Shown here: in pieces, positions 1-10,828 of the stretch
How the letters are laid out: each line of letters begins with the position of its first letter
How positions within the stretch are numbered: the first letter of the stretch is position 1
Assembly: GCA_029717555.1 (NCBI GenBank)
Contig: JAMDHS010000012.1
Coordinates: 1-64,000, forward strand
DNA from: Peribolospora baueri
Lineage: Eukaryota
Direction of reading: 5' to 3'
Length of the DNA stretch: 64,000 nt
Made by a program: the position numbers and the translations under genes
The notes under the pieces: generated by a model
Databases searched by the model: none
What the model saw: only the letters and a program-made list of their open reading frames with translations
Told to the model about the DNA's origin: nothing

Positions 1-57
<57 letters not shown>
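1..57 (+). repeat. Poly(A) homopolymer of at least 57 nt, truncated by the window edge
   Basis: 57 consecutive A at the start of the window. Confidence 0.95.
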
Positions 58-60
<3 letters not shown>

Positions 61-88
61 ACGCCAGTGGTCGAATGCAACAACCATG

Positions 89-651
89 TCATCGGACGGT
101 GCGTAGCACGCGAAACGTCTTCCAGTCCGCATCTCCATCGTCGTCGTCGACGACGACCTCCTCCTCCTTCAACATGGACACCTTTTCCACACGCGCCGCC
201 GGGGGGCCGCGGCGCAGGAAGGCTTTACTGGAGGCGGGCGAAGGGGAGGGAGGAGAAACGGAAACAAGACGAACGGGTCAGACAAACAACCGGCGCGAAA
301 ACGATACGATCCCCCCTTTTTTCTTTTTTTCCTTCACTCACAACTCGTCCAAACCCCGCCTGGACCCCTGAGCAACGCCCTCAACATGTCCGTTAGCGTT
401 GTTATTGCGAACCCAACCAGTGACGCCAAGCTTGCGCGCCATGTGGACTGTCGAGTCGCGAAAGAAGACGCCCTGGACGAGGCCGGAGACCTGATGAAGG
501 TGACGGACGTTAGGAAGGGGGAAGAGATACGGAGCGGGGGGGAACGTGACATGCATGACACGAGGAGCGCCGGGGCACTTGGGAACGCATCGTCCCGCAC
601 ACGAAGGACCGGCTGGGGGATGCGCCTCACCTCGTACTGAATACGAAACAT
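89..651 (-). CDS. Acylphosphatase, 3 exons (about 651-631, 490-342, 227-89)
   Basis: The spliced product MFRIQYE|VSGLVQGVFFRDSTVHMARKLGVTGWVRNNNANGHVEGVAQG...|KAFLRRGPPAARVEKV...F contains the acylphosphatase motifs V.G.VQGV.FR, GWVRN and GPP.ARV. Donors are GTGAG and acceptors CAG. An upstream N-terminal extension cannot be excluded. Confidence 0.85.
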
Positions 652-1567
652 CCTAGAAACGGACGGCTGGTGGGACGAATAATCGGCTCTAGCTACCGAA
701 GACGAAGACGAGTCGGGAGCTCGGTCCATTGACAAAGCGACGTCGACAGGGGAGAAGGAAGGAAGGGAAGTAGGGCGGACAACGACCGACGGTTGGGCAC
801 GTGAATAGCGAAAGTCTCGATCGGCCGCATCATCGGATATACACGCTTACAAGCGGAACCTTGAGAGCCCAGTCTGGGAAGGCGCACAGGACGGTGAAAT
901 CCAAGACCTCGATTCTACCGATCGAGCGAGACGGAGGGGAGAGAGCAACAAACGTTTTACTGCCACTGCGCGAGATGAAAAAGGCTGGGGCCCGGAGGGG
1001 GAAGGAGGCGACGAAGGAGAAGGAAGACAGCTGCCTACAGGGGGAGGAGGGGAGATTAAGAGCTGAAAAGGGAAACAAAAGACGGAGGAAAGAGCGCCGG
1101 TCGACGACGAAGGAGGGATCCATCCGAAAGGGCAAAGAGACGATAGGATGAGGGGGCGAGGGAAAGAAACAAACGGACGGATGGGGAGGGAGGATGGGTA
1201 TACACTCGATCGATCGGTAGCCGGCACGGCACGTCAACGTCACGTCAACACGACACGACAACATCAAGCGGGGACAGCAATGGCGAAGAAAGAGTTAAGG
1301 GTTCGAAGAAGCGGTAAGGAGGAAATGAAAGGGCAAGTGAAACCCGCGCGCGGGGAATGAAAATGTGAACGACGAACAAAGGAATCATGGACGGATGAAG
1401 CGAAAGGGTGGCAGTGCGAAGGAAGCGCCGGGGCGCTGAATCGAAACGGAAGGACTGCATGGCAGTCGTGTCCAGAGACGACGGTGGAAGAGACGATGCG
1501 AGTCGAAATGGAAAAGGGAAAGACAAAAAAAAAGCAGACGAACGACGACCGACGGCGGCTGATCGAA

Positions 1568-4500
1568 TCAGATGAGGTACGTCGCCGGTACGACTCCGGT
1601 CCTGCCCGTGGCGTCCCTGGCGAGCCACCAGGAGGAGTCCTGGTCGTCGAGAATCTGCAGTTGCTGACCGGCGTGCAGGGAGAGCTCGGAGAGGTGGGTG
1701 GCTTCGAAAGAGTATCTCGCATACGCCGTCACGCCCTCGTCGCTACCCATGCCCTCCGTCGTGCTCGCCGCGCCAGCTCCCGCTGCGCCGCCCACGAGGC
1801 CCTCGTACGACTCTATCTGCGAGTGTGAATCGTACCCCTCGTCTTCGTCCGTGTGGCCATGATCGTGGCGGGCGCCAGCTGCTGCTGCTGCCGCCGCCGC
1901 ACCCGTCACCACGCCGCCCGCCGCGGCGACGGCGGTGGCCTGCTGAAGCGTGGCCAACAGGTTGTTCGAATCCTTGTACTCTTCCCCTCCGGTCACAGGC
2001 ACTGGCGCCGGCGGCTGATCATACTTGGGACTGCGCCTGGCGAGAGCGACGAGCAAGCCGACGAGCACGACGAAGAAGACGACGCCGAGTCCGATGGCGA
2101 TAGAGACGAGGATGACGATGCCAACGGCGAGGTGGCGCGAGGAGGAAAAGGTGAGCACCTCGTTGGAGCGGAAGAAGGAACGGATGACGCCCATCCCTCC
2201 AGTGGACGACGACGCGAGCAGGAACGGTCGCCACGAGGCGCCGTCGAAAAGGGCCGAGGAGACGTTGCCAAAGTCGGACATGACAAGCGAACCGCTGACG
2301 AGGAGCATCCGGTCCGACTCGAGCACGTTGTTGCCGTTGTGGTTCTCCAGAAGGGGGACGAACGTGAGCTGCTGCACGCCCGTGGGGCCGACGAGCTCCT
2401 GAGACACGGCGTCATAACGCTGTCCGTCCCACTTTACCAGGTAAGGCGTCGTGTCGTCGCTCGTCCGACCGGCGACAAAGATAGCGTTCTGGTTCAGGTT
2501 GTCGACGCTCAGCGCCGTCGCCGGGCCGGGAACCTGACCGTCCGCCGAGCCCATCGAGCCAAGCGCAGTCCAGGCCTGGGCGTTGAAGTCGTACGAGCCG
2601 ACGGCCGTCTCCGAGCCGTCGGGCAGGGTGATGTCGCCGCCGACGATGAGCTGATCCGCCTTGTTGGCCGCAAAGTCGATCGCGTTGACCGTGCCGCTGA
2701 TGCCGGCGCCGAGGGCGGACCACTGCCCGCTGCCGGTGTCCCACATGCAAATGCTCTGGCAAGGCAACGAACCGGCGGAGCCAAAGTCGCCGGAGACGAC
2801 GACGGTGCCCGTGTTGGGCCGGTGCGAGATGCCCGTCACGGTCAAGTTGTTCGAGCCTGACGAGGCCTGGAGGGGTGCAAAGTTTTGCATCCACGTCTTG
2901 GCGACCAGGTCGAACGCCTCGATGCCTCCCTCGCCGCCCACGTAGACCATGTTGTCCACCACGGACAACGCCCTCACTACGGTCACGACGGCCCTGTCAC
3001 CGGACTGATGAGGAGGGAAGCTCGTCAGCGTGTCGTTCTGGTCGTCATACAGGCCGAGGTTGACGACGCCGTCGGTGGTGGTGAAGTTGCCGCCGACGAT
3101 GGTGTAAGTGTGCTTGGCACCATTCGGGTCGGACCAGAACGCGCCCGCATAGACCTCGTTGTCTCCCGTGGCGTCGAGCGAGATGGGGCTGAGGGCGGCG
3201 AGGCGAAGCGACGAGAACGAAGGGCCGCTGCTCGTCGTCGCCGCCCGAAGGCTGGACAACGCTTGGGACGAGATGGCGCCATCCCTCACGGCCACCGCCG
3301 CAGAGTTCGACGCCCCCTCAAGGCCCCCGCTCCGAGCGGGAAGGTGGCCAGGCGAGGAGGCGGCCCGACCCCAGAGCATGTCGAACACGTTGCGACGATG
3401 GCCAACAGCGTGAGATGGCACGCTAGCCTGCGCTTCGCTCCTCCTTGACGGGTTCGAAGACGCAGCGCCGCCCGCAGAAGAAGAGACAGACCCGGAGGCC
3501 GACGAGCCAGGGACGGGCTTGAAAGTAAAGTTGAGAGGGACAAGGCCGGGATCGCTGGTCTTGTTCTTGGGCGCAGCAATGTTGAGCACACCGGGGGCAG
3601 CGACGTCGGAGACTCCCAAGATGGCACCGGCGAGGTAGATGACCGCCGTATTGTCCGTCTTGTTGGTCGTCGGGAGGGAGGAGGTGAGCGTGCCGGAGAG
3701 GAAGCCCGGCTGGGAGACCCACTGTCCGACTGCGTGGTCCCAAATGGCCAGTCCGCTGCTCGCGCCAGCGCCGGGAGCGTCGGTGAACGAGCCCATAACG
3801 AAGATCTGCGTGCCCGACACCGACAGCGACCAGACGGGCCCGTTGAGACCGGGAAGGGCGGCCCACTGGCGAGCGACGGTGTCGTACCTGATGACGTACG
3901 GCAAGCCGACGACCAGCCCGTCTGCGGTCTGAGTGAAGCTGCCGCCGAGGTAGAGGTAAGTGTCGATGGCGACGATCGAGTTGACCTCGCCATTGAGACC
4001 GCCGTTGGGGAGAGGGACAAGGTTGGTTCCGTCGAAGGCGACAACGTTGGCGAAGCTGACGTCGATGGCTTGCGAGACATTAAAGTCGGACGAGGTGAGG
4101 TTGAAATCCCATAGGGGGCCTTGGGAGGTGGCGGTGCCGTTGCCGCCGTAGGGCACGCCGGCCCTGGGGACGGCGGCGCTCGAACCCGAGCTTGAGGCAG
4201 GCACCGGGATCGGAGCGACCTGCCTTTGCGCCAACGAGCCTCTCCGATATCCTGCTGACGCCGTCGCGCCGCCACCGACGACGCCGTGCCCGCTCGTAGC
4301 GGTGGTGTTGAAACCGGAGGGGATGGGCGCGGTGAGGCCACCGAACTGGGAGAACTGACCGCTGGCGAACTTGCCCGAGACATAGGTCAGACCGCCGACG
4401 GTGACCGCGCCGGTGATCGCCGAGCGCTCGTTGCGCAGCAAGACCGTGTCGGCAAGGGCCACGCCGAGCAGGTCGAACTGACTCTCCGAGTCGGTCGCGT

Positions 4501-6610
4501 TGATGGGGACGAGGCCGGTGGCGTTGATCTGGCGCTGGATGAAGGCCGGAGAGGTGCCGTTGAACTCGAACACGCCGTACCCCGTCAGCTTGGGCAGGGT
4601 GAGGCTGGTCAGCGTCGCCTGGTCGTGGAGGACGAGGCGAATATGGTCGGCCACCATGTGCTGCGTGTTACCCCCGGAGGGCGCGGACGGGTTGGGGGGC
4701 AAACTGAGACGGACGTGGACGGGAGACGAGGTGCCGCCGTTGGTGGCCTCCAAGGGGCCGTTGTAGATGGGCATGTACTCGTCTTGCGCGTTCGTCTGGC
4801 TCACCGTCGTCGTGGTGGGCATGCCGACGCTGCCGGGGCTGACGACGGTCTGAATCTGTCCACGCTCGGCGCATGTTCCCACCTCGGTACAGCCGGGGGT
4901 GAAGAGGTAGATCGTGTAGTTGGCGACGGACGGCACCTGAGGGTAGAAGGTGACGGTGGGGTTTTCGTTCGCCGCGTCGGACACGGGCACCTGAGCTGCC
5001 AACCTCCACTGATCGGCGCCGTTGATGACGCCGGGGGCCATGGTCTGATACCAGCCTCCTTCGGCGACGGCGGTCGCGTCTGTGCCGTTGATGCCGGGCT
5101 GAGTCGAATTGCACGAGCCGCGGTTGAAGGAGTCGACGGCGTAGGTGATACCGCCGTCGGAGAGAGCCTCGAGGAGGTGCAGACCTGGACCGGCGCCGGT
5201 CCAGCCGGCCATGTGGACGGTGAAGCCGTCGGCCGAGATGGTGCCGTTGGTGACGCCGGGAGCGTTAGCGGCGATGAGGAAGTCTTGGTACGGGATTGAA
5301 GCGTCGGTCGACAGGGTGCAGTTGTTCGTGCACTGCACGATCTGCTTCCTTCCGGGGTCGTAGTAGATGAGGGAGAGCACCTGGTTCAAGGGGGTGGCTG
5401 AGATGCTGAAGGTGGTCAGACCCCGGCCCTGGTAGTGGGTATTGGCGAGACGGAAGCCACGAAGGAAGACCTGCCTGTACCACCGAGCGGTGAGGGAACC
5501 GCCGGTGCCGTCGCGCATGAGGAAGGAATTGCCGGGCCCATCGCCTCCCTCCGGGCAGAGGATCCTGTTGGGATCGCCAAAGCCAGCGAGGTCGCTTGCC
5601 CCGGTGGCGCTGAGCGTGGCCGAAGCGAGAGAGATGGGCGCGAGGTTCTCGGTGGCAGGCAAAGGCGAAGTGTCTGTGCCCGGGTTCACGGGGCCTGCGT
5701 TCGCCGCCGCGTTGCCAGCGGCCAAGACGGCGCCAGAGCGGGTCCTGGCGACGTCGGTGAGCGTTTGTAGGGTCGAATTGATGCCGAGAGCGGGGATGAG
5801 GGCCGAAATGTCGGAGGTGTTCTGGTATGTGACGGTGAAGTTGCCCATGAAGCGGATCGAGGAGGGCGAGGTGCCAGGGGAGATGGCGAGCACCGGCCCG
5901 TCCAAGCCGCCGAAGAGGGGCGGCATCCAGGCCTGGTTGGCAGTGGACCAGACGGCGACGTTGCCTTGAAACGGCGGCGTCGTTGTCGGGTCAGGGGCGG
6001 GGATGGGGCGGTGAAAGTCGCCGCCGGCGAAGACCTGCTCCCCGGCCTCGTCGCAGTAGAGCACGTTGACCTGGCCGTCGAGCCCTGACCCACCGACGAC
6101 GGCGCTGGAGCCCAAGGGGGCGAACGTGTTCGAGGCGGGGTCGTAGGAGACGACGTTGAGGGCCTGCACGTCCGCGACGGTGTCGAAGCGGCCGCCGAAG
6201 AAGAGGGTGCCCTTGGTGGGGAACTGGCAGACGACGGCGACACGGCCGCCGGGGTTGGTGGAGGCGAGCTTGGTGATCGTGCCATCGGCGTGACGGGTGA
6301 CGATGGAGGAGGCGCCGGCAGGGTAGATGGCGTCGGAGACGTTGGCGGACGGGAGCGTGTCGGCCCAGGTGAGGCCAGCAAACGCGCCGGCGGCGCCGAA
6401 GTTGCCCAGCGAGTCAAAGTCTATTCGCGGGGTGGTGGAATCGCCGACGACGAGAGAGAGGGCGGAGAGGAGGAGGGAGAGCAGGAGGAGAAGGGAGGAG
6501 GGCCATGAGAGCGGCAATGACCTCGGACGTGTTGGTCGTCGCGACGAGGAGCGGGGAGGGCGCGGGGTTGGGGGTATTGGCGGCAAGCGCGAGCGCGGAC
6601 GTGGCCGCAT
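1568..6610 (-). CDS. RAX2: Rax2-like cortical polarity marker: type I membrane protein with a C-terminal SH3 domain, single exon, 1680 aa
   Basis: N-terminal hydrophobic signal (SLLLLLSLLLSALSLVVG). Repeated beta-propeller-like GG.F / L.G.V..L units. Motifs GFRLANTHYQGRG and AGSLPCQSICMWD. TM helix LAVGIVILVSIAIGLGVVFFVVLVGLLVAL. SH3-like tail ARYSFEATHLSELSLHAGQQLQILDDQDSSWWLARDATGRTGVVPATYLI. Confidence 0.88.
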   Translation of the reverse strand: MRPRPRSRLPPIPPTPRPPRSSSRRPTRPRSLPLSWPSSLLLLLSLLLSALSLVVGDSTTPRIDFDSLGNFGAAGAFAGLTWADTLPSANVSDAIYPAGASSIVTRHADGTITKLASTNPGGRVAVVCQFPTKGTLFFGGRFDTVADVQALNVVSYDPASNTFAPLGSSAVVGGSGLDGQVNVLYCDEAGEQVFAGGDFHRPIPAPDPTTTPPFQGNVAVWSTANQAWMPPLFGGLDGPVLAISPGTSPSSIRFMGNFTVTYQNTSDISALIPALGINSTLQTLTDVARTRSGAVLAAGNAAANAGPVNPGTDTSPLPATENLAPISLASATLSATGASDLAGFGDPNRILCPEGGDGPGNSFLMRDGTGGSLTARWYRQVFLRGFRLANTHYQGRGLTTFSISATPLNQVLSLIYYDPGRKQIVQCTNNCTLSTDASIPYQDFLIAANAPGVTNGTISADGFTVHMAGWTGAGPGLHLLEALSDGGITYAVDSFNRGSCNSTQPGINGTDATAVAEGGWYQTMAPGVINGADQWRLAAQVPVSDAANENPTVTFYPQVPSVANYTIYLFTPGCTEVGTCAERGQIQTVVSPGSVGMPTTTTVSQTNAQDEYMPIYNGPLEATNGGTSSPVHVRLSLPPNPSAPSGGNTQHMVADHIRLVLHDQATLTSLTLPKLTGYGVFEFNGTSPAFIQRQINATGLVPINATDSESQFDLLGVALADTVLLRNERSAITGAVTVGGLTYVSGKFASGQFSQFGGLTAPIPSGFNTTATSGHGVVGGGATASAGYRRGSLAQRQVAPIPVPASSSGSSAAVPRAGVPYGGNGTATSQGPLWDFNLTSSDFNVSQAIDVSFANVVAFDGTNLVPLPNGGLNGEVNSIVAIDTYLYLGGSFTQTADGLVVGLPYVIRYDTVARQWAALPGLNGPVWSLSVSGTQIFVMGSFTDAPGAGASSGLAIWDHAVGQWVSQPGFLSGTLTSSLPTTNKTDNTAVIYLAGAILGVSDVAAPGVLNIAAPKNKTSDPGLVPLNFTFKPVPGSSASGSVSSSAGGAASSNPSRRSEAQASVPSHAVGHRRNVFDMLWGRAASSPGHLPARSGGLEGASNSAAVAVRDGAISSQALSSLRAATTSSGPSFSSLRLAALSPISLDATGDNEVYAGAFWSDPNGAKHTYTIVGGNFTTTDGVVNLGLYDDQNDTLTSFPPHQSGDRAVVTVVRALSVVDNMVYVGGEGGIEAFDLVAKTWMQNFAPLQASSGSNNLTVTGISHRPNTGTVVVSGDFGSAGSLPCQSICMWDTGSGQWSALGAGISGTVNAIDFAANKADQLIVGGDITLPDGSETAVGSYDFNAQAWTALGSMGSADGQVPGPATALSVDNLNQNAIFVAGRTSDDTTPYLVKWDGQRYDAVSQELVGPTGVQQLTFVPLLENHNGNNVLESDRMLLVSGSLVMSDFGNVSSALFDGASWRPFLLASSSTGGMGVIRSFFRSNEVLTFSSSRHLAVGIVILVSIAIGLGVVFFVVLVGLLVALARRSPKYDQPPAPVPVTGGEEYKDSNNLLATLQQATAVAAAGGVVTGAAAAAAAAGARHDHGHTDEDEGYDSHSQIESYEGLVGGAAGAGAASTTEGMGSDEGVTAYARYSFEATHLSELSLHAGQQLQILDDQDSSWWLARDATGRTGVVPATYLI

Positions 6611-7921
6611 GGTTAGGAAGGAGGGAAGGAGTCCGTGACGGGGAGCGGGCGCCGGGGGAGTGGTAGGAAGGACGGTGTCTGTGGTGTTGGTGGTGGCGAG
6701 CGGGCGAGCTCAATCAAAACAAGGACATTCCCGAGGGGCGGGGGCGGCGATGAAGGAATAGAAAACGTCGAAGAAAAAGGGGCCGAGGATGAAGGAGTGA
6801 CGGGGATGAGAGGATGAGAGAGAAAAAGGCGAAAAGCCGAGAGGAGGGTGGCTGATTTGGAGTGATAGCGAAGGGGAAGGGTCCTTCAAGGAGCGCGAGT
6901 CGGATGGAGGAAGAGAGGGGAGGGAGGGTAGGGAGGGTGGGAAAGGCAAAGGCGAGGATGGCAAAGGCAAAGGAGTGTGGGCGGACGAGGAAAGGGGAGA
7001 GGAGGAAGGTGCGGTGTGTGGGTAAAGAAGTCGCTCTGACGACGACGACGACGACGACGAAGGGAAAGGGGAAAGGAAAGTGACGATGAGGTAGATGGGT
7101 AAGAGAAGAGCGAGCCGGGCGAATGGCGGCGAATGGCGGCGATGAGGCGGCGACGAAGGTACGCAGCGCAGCGCGGATGAAAGGCGGCGGGCGCCAAGCG
7201 GACAGATGAGACGCAAAGATGGGGCGCGAGTCGGTGGAGTAGGGTTGGACAGGCAAGACAGGGGCGTCATGAACACCGACATGAAATCCACGACGCCGCC
7301 ACGCTCCTCCTCCCCGCTTGTTTGTCGCCCAGCGGAGCAATAGCAATAGCAATAGCATCTCATAGCTTATCATAGCACACCACAGCCCACAAAACCAGCC
7401 GGGCGAGCGTAAGCTGCTCCCACTCGCAATCTCGCCCCACCGTGTATCGTGCACATACCCTACCTACTTGCGTGCCCTCCCCCTGCCCTGGCGTGTTGGC
7501 ATGTGCCCTCTCGTTCTCGCTCCTCCAGCCTCCGTAGCCGGTGCCCCTCACGCGCGCCTTTTCTCCTCTTCGAACTCGCGCAGAGCAGAGCAGCCGCACA
7601 GCATGCAGAGAGAGAAGAGCAGAAAGAGCACTGCTGTGCGATGAACTGAACCGCGACAGGACCGTTCCGGAACGCGCGCAGCCGGCGTTAGTGAGACCCT
7701 CGTATGTATTAACGGGATAATTCACTAAGTAACAGCGAGCGGCGCACCCTGAAAATAAAATGCCTTATGCACGGCGTTCGAGACGGCGCAGAGCGGTCGC
7801 GCCCGCACGCTCCGATCGGCTACGTGGCATAGACGGAGACCGCACCCGAGTCGACTACCGCACGTGACCAGCCCGCTCGTCGCCGTCTACCTTCCATCGG
7901 CCGAACCCGTGGTCCCGACGT

Positions 7922-8017
7922 CAAGCAAGCAAGCAAGCAAGCAAGCAAAGCGACGATCTGGCGCACTAGACAAGACAAGGACAAGGAAAGGACAGGACAA
8001 GGACAGGATAGGACAAG
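7922..8017 (+). repeat. (CAAG)n and degenerate (GACAAG)n microsatellites in the 5' region of the complex I subunit gene
   Basis: caagcaagcaagcaagcaagcaagcaa followed by gacaag/gacagg/gatagg repeats. Confidence 0.8.
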
Positions 8018-8019
8018 CA

Positions 8020-8802
8020 ATGCTCCACCCGTCCCCCTTCCTCTTGCGCCTCCGCGCATCTCGCCTCGCCCTCTCCAACCCGCCCTCCCTCTCCCTCGTC
8101 GCCAGGACTTTTTCCTCCTCCGCGCCTGCGAGCGACGCCGCGCACTCTCACGATCAGCACCAGCAGCCGCGTGGCGGCCAGGAGGAATATCCTCAAGAAG
8201 GTGAGTGGGAGCGACGGCGAACGGAGGGACGGACGCCTTTTCTCATCTCCATCTTCTCTCCACTCGTTCACACTCTCCCCTCCTCCACCATTCCCTCTCA
8301 CCAGGCTTCTCCACCCCCATCTGGCGCAACACGCTCCTGGCCCTGATCGCCGGCGTCGCTCTCTACCGCCTCTCCCAATCCACTTCCGCCTCGCCGACGC
8401 TCTCCGAGCGGGGCTCGGAAGACGCCGTGGCGCGCGTCGAGCACGAATCGGCCGAGGGCGCGGTCGACAACCGGCCCTTCCTGACGAGGTACATCGAGTA
8501 CCACACCACGCCCGTTGAGGAGTACAAGAGGCGCAACGAGCGTCACCTCGACCTCGCCCGCATCGCCGCCGAGGAGAAGCTGCTCTTCCAGGAGGCCGAG
8601 AGGCCTCCGATCCATCGGCTCCGGTTCCCTGCGTGAGTCTGCGTCCTTTTTCCCCTTCGAAAGCATCCCCGCTGACTCGTCTTTTTTTTTTCCCTTCTTG
8701 CCTCCCATTCGCAGCACTTTTGAGCAAGCAAGCCCTCACGCCATCCCAGTGGGCTCCCAGATCGACCTCTCCGACTTGAAGGTCAAAGGCGCCAACGAGT
8801 GA
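8020..8802 (+). CDS. Probable mitochondrial complex I accessory subunit, 17.8-kDa (NUO17.8) type; 3 exons (8020-8200, 8305-8632, 8715-8802)
   Basis: Arg/Ser-rich presequence, then HSHD..EEYPQEGFSTPIW, one TM segment (TLLALIAGVALY), PFLTRYI, RNERHL and RFP.TFEQASPHAIPVGSQIDLS. This matches the fungal 17.8-kDa subunit as I recall it. Introns are canonical GTGAG...CAG and keep the frame. Confidence 0.75.
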
Positions 8803-9538
8803 GCGTCCGCTCTCTTCCGTCCATCCCTCCCACCCGTCCCTCCGTAGCGCTGTCCTCGGACAATGTCGAGTGGCGATGGCGATGGTATCGTACCGTAGAC
8901 GAAGGACGAGTCCGTGTCGTGTCGTGCCGTAGAGAAGACGTTGGAAATCGATCGGGCGGAGGAGCGTTCGCGCCCCGCCCTTGCATTCTACCGAGCTGGA
9001 GTACTACAATCGCGGACAGACGGACCGGGACCGCCTGAGAGCTCTATCTTGATCGAGATGGACGTGCAACTCGGTCGAACATCAGACCTGTTGTGTTGCC
9101 TCCCTCGTCCTTAGCAAACCGTTCGAAGCTTCCAGCCAGGCAGGCAGGCAGGGCAAAGGGGCGCCGCCCGGTCGTCCTCTTCTTTCCTTTTGGCAATCCA
9201 GTCGCCACGCCTCTCTCATTCCCGTTCGGGCGCTATGTAATGGCCAGACCGAAGAGGACGGCCTGTCCACCCGAGCGAGCGAGGAGCACGCACGCTCGGG
9301 GGCGACGGCGAGCACGGGCCAACGAACCGCTCGCTCGTCGAAGACTCGGGCGAGGAAAGAAGGAACAGCGGATCGAGCCGGTTAGGGTTATGGCCCGACA
9401 GAACCGCCGCTAAAAACCGCACTCTTCCGACGATGACGGTCTTGATCTTCTCAAAGAAGGTTGATGACCCCCTCGCTCGCTTGCTCGTCCGCAAGACCCG
9501 TTTCGTTGGCTCTTCCCATCGCATCGACGCCTTTGATC

Positions 9539-10828
9539 ATGTCCTTGTCCCTCTCCCGACCCACCTTCAGGGCTTTACGCGCCCTCGACCTTGCCATCGC
9601 GTCCGGCGCCGGCTCGTCTTCGTCTGCGCCTGCCGCGTCCGTCGTGGTGCAGAGGCGAACTCCGGTCGAGGTTCAGCCTCACGCTCGGACCAGTGCGCTC
9701 TCCTCCGCCGACGTCGGCGGCGCCCGCCACTTCAGCACCACTCGTCCCGCCTCCGCGGCCGGCAAGGTAGCGGTGTCGACGAACCCGCGCTCGTCCAGGG
9801 CGCAAAATCAGCAGTATGACATGAACGAGCTGGAAGAGTTCCGCTTCGACGACGTGCCCACTCTCGGGCACATGATCCTCGAGAGGCAGAGGGAGCTGCT
9901 CAAGTATTTCAGGCTCGTCGAGTTTGAGTTGCCCAAATTGAAAGGTGGGTGCGGTGGCCCGGCGGTGTGGGGGGCAGGATAGGGGAGAGGAGAAAGACCT
10001 CCTAGAGCATCATCCGAACCGGTCTGACATGACATGACTTGTCGGCTCTTCTTTGTCCCACCTCACAGCGTTCCGAAAACCCTTCACGCCCCCCCCCTCC
10101 AGCTCTTACCTCCGCTTCCGCATGCAGCACTATCAAGGCGAGCCCCACCCGGCGGCGCGCAAGGTGGTCCTCTCCGTGCCCGTCTCCGCGCTCGTCTCCT
10201 CGGGCGCATTGAAGAGCGCCGAGGCGAAGCACAAGTTTTTGCTTCTCGCCGGACCACGGTGGAGGCCATTGAGTGACGCTCCTTCTGTCGCGGGCGATAG
10301 CAGGGTCGGGGTGGAGGCGAAAACGAAGGAAGCGATGGAGGATGGTGAGGTGGTGATCAGCTCCGAGCTGTTGCCCACCGAGAAGCAGAACATGAAGTGG
10401 TGTTCTGACGCGTTGGACAGGCTTCTCAAGGAAGCCAACGTGAGTTTCCAGAGTCTCGTCTTAGTTTCTCCCGAGCCATCCCGCGCGCTTCAAAACTTTC
10501 CTGTTCATATGCTCATTCTTCTCTCTCTCTCTCCCCCTTCACATATTGCCAGGACCTGGCGGACCCGATGACCGACCTGCCCCTCGACCGACGACACCTC
10601 CTCTCAGCCTCGCGCAAGCGCGGTGCCAAAGGCCTCTCTCGCCGAGTCAGCCTTCGCGACTTCCCCAAGGAGTGGCTGAGGCCTTCTTCTTCTTCTGCCC
10701 CCGCTTCCTCTTCTCCGTCTCCCCCACCGTCTGGGCCGACTGCCGAGGGTCCAGGGCATGCCGCCACTGCCAATGTCGGGTCTCCATCCGGTTCCCCGTC
10801 TCCCTCTCCGTCTCCGTCTTCCCCGTAG
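9539..10828 (+). CDS. RSM24: Mitochondrial small ribosomal subunit protein mS35/Rsm24, 3 exons
   Basis: Presequence, then F.FDD.PTLGH..L..QRELL.YFRL..FELPKL|.FRKPF.PP..LRFR..HYQGEPHPAARKVVL, HKFLLLAGPRW, ISSE......QN.KWCSD.LD.L..EAN, DLPLD.RH and DFPKEWL. Confidence 0.88.

Noticed and set aside
1853..5969. Long + strand ORFs (335, 337 aa and others) overlapping RAX2, and similar ones opposite SF3B1, NUDE and the histidine kinase
   Set aside because: Antisense or alternate-frame shadows caused by GC-rich codon usage; no motifs.
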